Shown here piece by piece: positions 61,951-64,000 of a stretch of DNA of 64,000 nt (positions within the stretch are counted from its first letter, which is position 1; each line of letters starts with the position of its first letter). A program made the position numbers and the translations under genes. Where the stretch lies: the NCBI GenBank assembly GCA_030141605.1, contig JAQGDQ010000072.1, forward strand, positions 653,672 to 717,671, read 5' to 3'. Origin of the DNA: Tubiluchus corallicola. Lineage: Eukaryota; Animalia; Priapulida. The notes under the pieces are model-generated. The model saw only the letters and a program-made list of their open reading frames with translations. It did no database searches and was not told the origin of the DNA.

Positions 61951-63927
61951 CATAACATCATCGTAGTCGTCATCATCGTCATCTTCGTTGTCATCGTCAT
62001 TCTCATCATCGTCATCATCAGGCTCAGGCAATTCATCATCATCCTGTAGCTCAGCTAAAAGAGCAGTCTGCCGGCAGGAGTCCAATAAATCATTATCTGA
62101 ATCACTGACACAAATAACATAGTTATAATTTACCCTTTTAGATACAACTTTGTATTTCCATCAAATAGCAATGAATCTTATTCTAAAGCTTGACATCGTG
62201 AGCTGATTAAAACAATCTCAGTTAGCTATAACATCCTACAATGCATCATACATCAAACACACACACATTAAGTGAAGCGTGACTTTCAAAGCAAATTGTT
62301 CACAGTAACAAGAACAATAACAATGCAAGTACATACTAGACATGCTATTCCAGAAAATAAAAATCAAATTAAATAAACACAGTAACACAGTATAAAAGAC
62401 GCAAGTGTTCACAATCTCACCTAGATGTAGTCGAGGCAAGACTCATTGTGAGTGCTTGGGACAAAGTGGTACCACCACTGGCAGCTACACTTGGTGCTTG
62501 AGAATTCTGCTGACTATTTGTTGTATTGAGACTGGGGAAACTTTGAGCTGTACTGAGAGGTCCTGCAATGTTGAATATATCATAAGTAAAAACACACACA
62601 AAAATGCATAGTAAAAAATTAGCACGAGCAAAAATTTTATTAAGTAAGCATTTTGGTGACAAGCTAACAAACTTAAGTGGCAAAAACTCATCTTAATTTT
62701 AACCAGTTTTAGAACTATAGCTACAACCTATCTATTGAATACAGATCTGTTAAAAATTGCTAACATACCCTCGCCAGGTAGGTTAGAAGACAAAGCAAGT
62801 CGAACAAGGCTGCTAGCATTATTTGCTCCACGAGTCAAAGCCATGTTGTTGACAGAATTATTTGGTGCATTACCAGACTGTCGGCGACGTGCAGCAGCTG
62901 CAAAGGTCTCCAACAAGCTCACAGTTGCTTCCAAGCTACTCGACAAATTCGGTACAGAGACACTCATTGGACTGCCTCCACCGCGGCTGGATGATGAAGT
63001 TGATGTTGGAGTGGTGCCATCACCCCTCTTGCTTGAGCCACTTGGAGGTATTTTCTCACGGCGTTTCTCACTGATTCTCTTCAGCAGCGTTTTTTCTTCA
63101 TTACGACGCTGATGGTGCTCATGTGTGGACATTAGTGAAGAGGCATAGGATGATTCTAGCAACTTATTAGGTGGTGTCGGTACTGCTGCTGCTGCTCCTG
63201 AAAAGTTGATCAAAGTTATTTAAATGATTTTTTTTATACAAATCAAATTGACAAACATTATTTAACTACTGGCTAACTACCACAGGTCTTAGGTGACACA
63301 AAAGTCTCACATCCATTTTCCTTAATTTTTGTTCCTATCAAGGTAATAAGTAACAGATAACTGACTACTATAACTTTACAACGTACCGGACTCATCTGCT
63401 GTTTGCACTAGCACAGCGGTTTCAGTATTAACAGAGGTAGCTGTTGCATTTTGTGGCTCTTCTCCCGAATCAACAGTCACAGTAACTAGGGCTTCAGCAC
63501 TCGCTAAATTCAATACCGATTCTGCCACGGCCTCAGCTGCCTCCTGTAGAATAAAAGTTTCTTTTAAAATCATTTTTTAAAGCGACTATGTATTTAAAAA
63601 TAACCTTCTCTTGTCTATCATTTCAACAGCCATTTTCAATGGTTTCTGCTTAATCATCTTTTTTTCTACTTTGTTTGGCACCAGTAATAAGATTTTAATG
63701 ACAGATCAGCATTCCCCTCCAAAGTTTTCTAGCCAAATTCTATTATAGCACCTTTGATGTAACTTTAGATGGTAGACTATCAGCAGATGCCGCTTGCTCA
63801 GTGGCAGCAACAGAGGATACACCTTTCTTCTCCATGGCTTCAGGTAAACTTGGAGTGGAGCTGCTCTTACTGCGGCTAGAAGAAAGTACTGGTATTTTGC
63901 CTAATGCATCGGCCCTGCGAATATTGC
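61951..63927 (-). CDS. HECTD1: HECTD1/Ufd4 central exons, copy B (gene continues beyond the right edge)
   Basis: Exons 63927-63752, 63543-63387, 63197-62769, 62562-62421, 62104-61951; same peptides as copy A with one fewer Ala in the poly-Ala run. Confidence 0.85.
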
Positions 63928-64000
63928 CTGCAAAGACAACCAACATTTTTTCACTCTCAGCTCCTTAGAAATTCAAAAAAGGGCTGCAACTCTTGACAAA

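Larger units (their letters stand above)
59403..64000. repeat. Near-identical direct duplication of at least 2.15 kb (period about 2445 bp)
   Basis: 59403-61558 matches 61848-64000; the only differences noticed are a 3-nt GCT indel and a T/C change near 61272/63714. Confidence 0.95.

Overview
AT-rich, intron-rich animal genomic DNA, most likely from an invertebrate bilaterian; it is not prokaryotic and most short ORFs in the supplied track are spurious. Gene content read from splice sites and translation: (1) the 3' half of a polypyrimidine-tract-binding protein gene (PTBP/hephaestus, RRM3-RRM4, +, 325-6454), including the 34-nt frame-shifting cassette exon and a long 3'UTR with miR-124, miR-9 and miR-133 seed sites; (2) a complete 4-exon Asterix/WDR83OS (PAT10) gene (-, 10959-14166) whose introns contain two highly structured segments resembling H/ACA sno/scaRNAs; (3) a patch of LINE, Ty3/Gypsy and hAT debris (18.1-21.3 kb); (4) a complete 25-coding-exon CACHD1 gene (+, 23181-46583) with many MITEs, a tRNA-derived SINE and a long fold-back element in its introns; (5) a single-coding-exon gene (+, 51182-53353) with the architecture of a palmitoylated transmembrane adaptor protein (PAG1/Cbp-like), the most novel protein-level signal here; (6) an interleaved double inverted-repeat structure (57.5-59.3 kb) directly followed by (7) two near-identical tandem copies of a 5-exon HECTD1/Ufd4 block (-) with no downstream HECT-domain exons. 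All calls are by eye; no database searches or folding programs were run.
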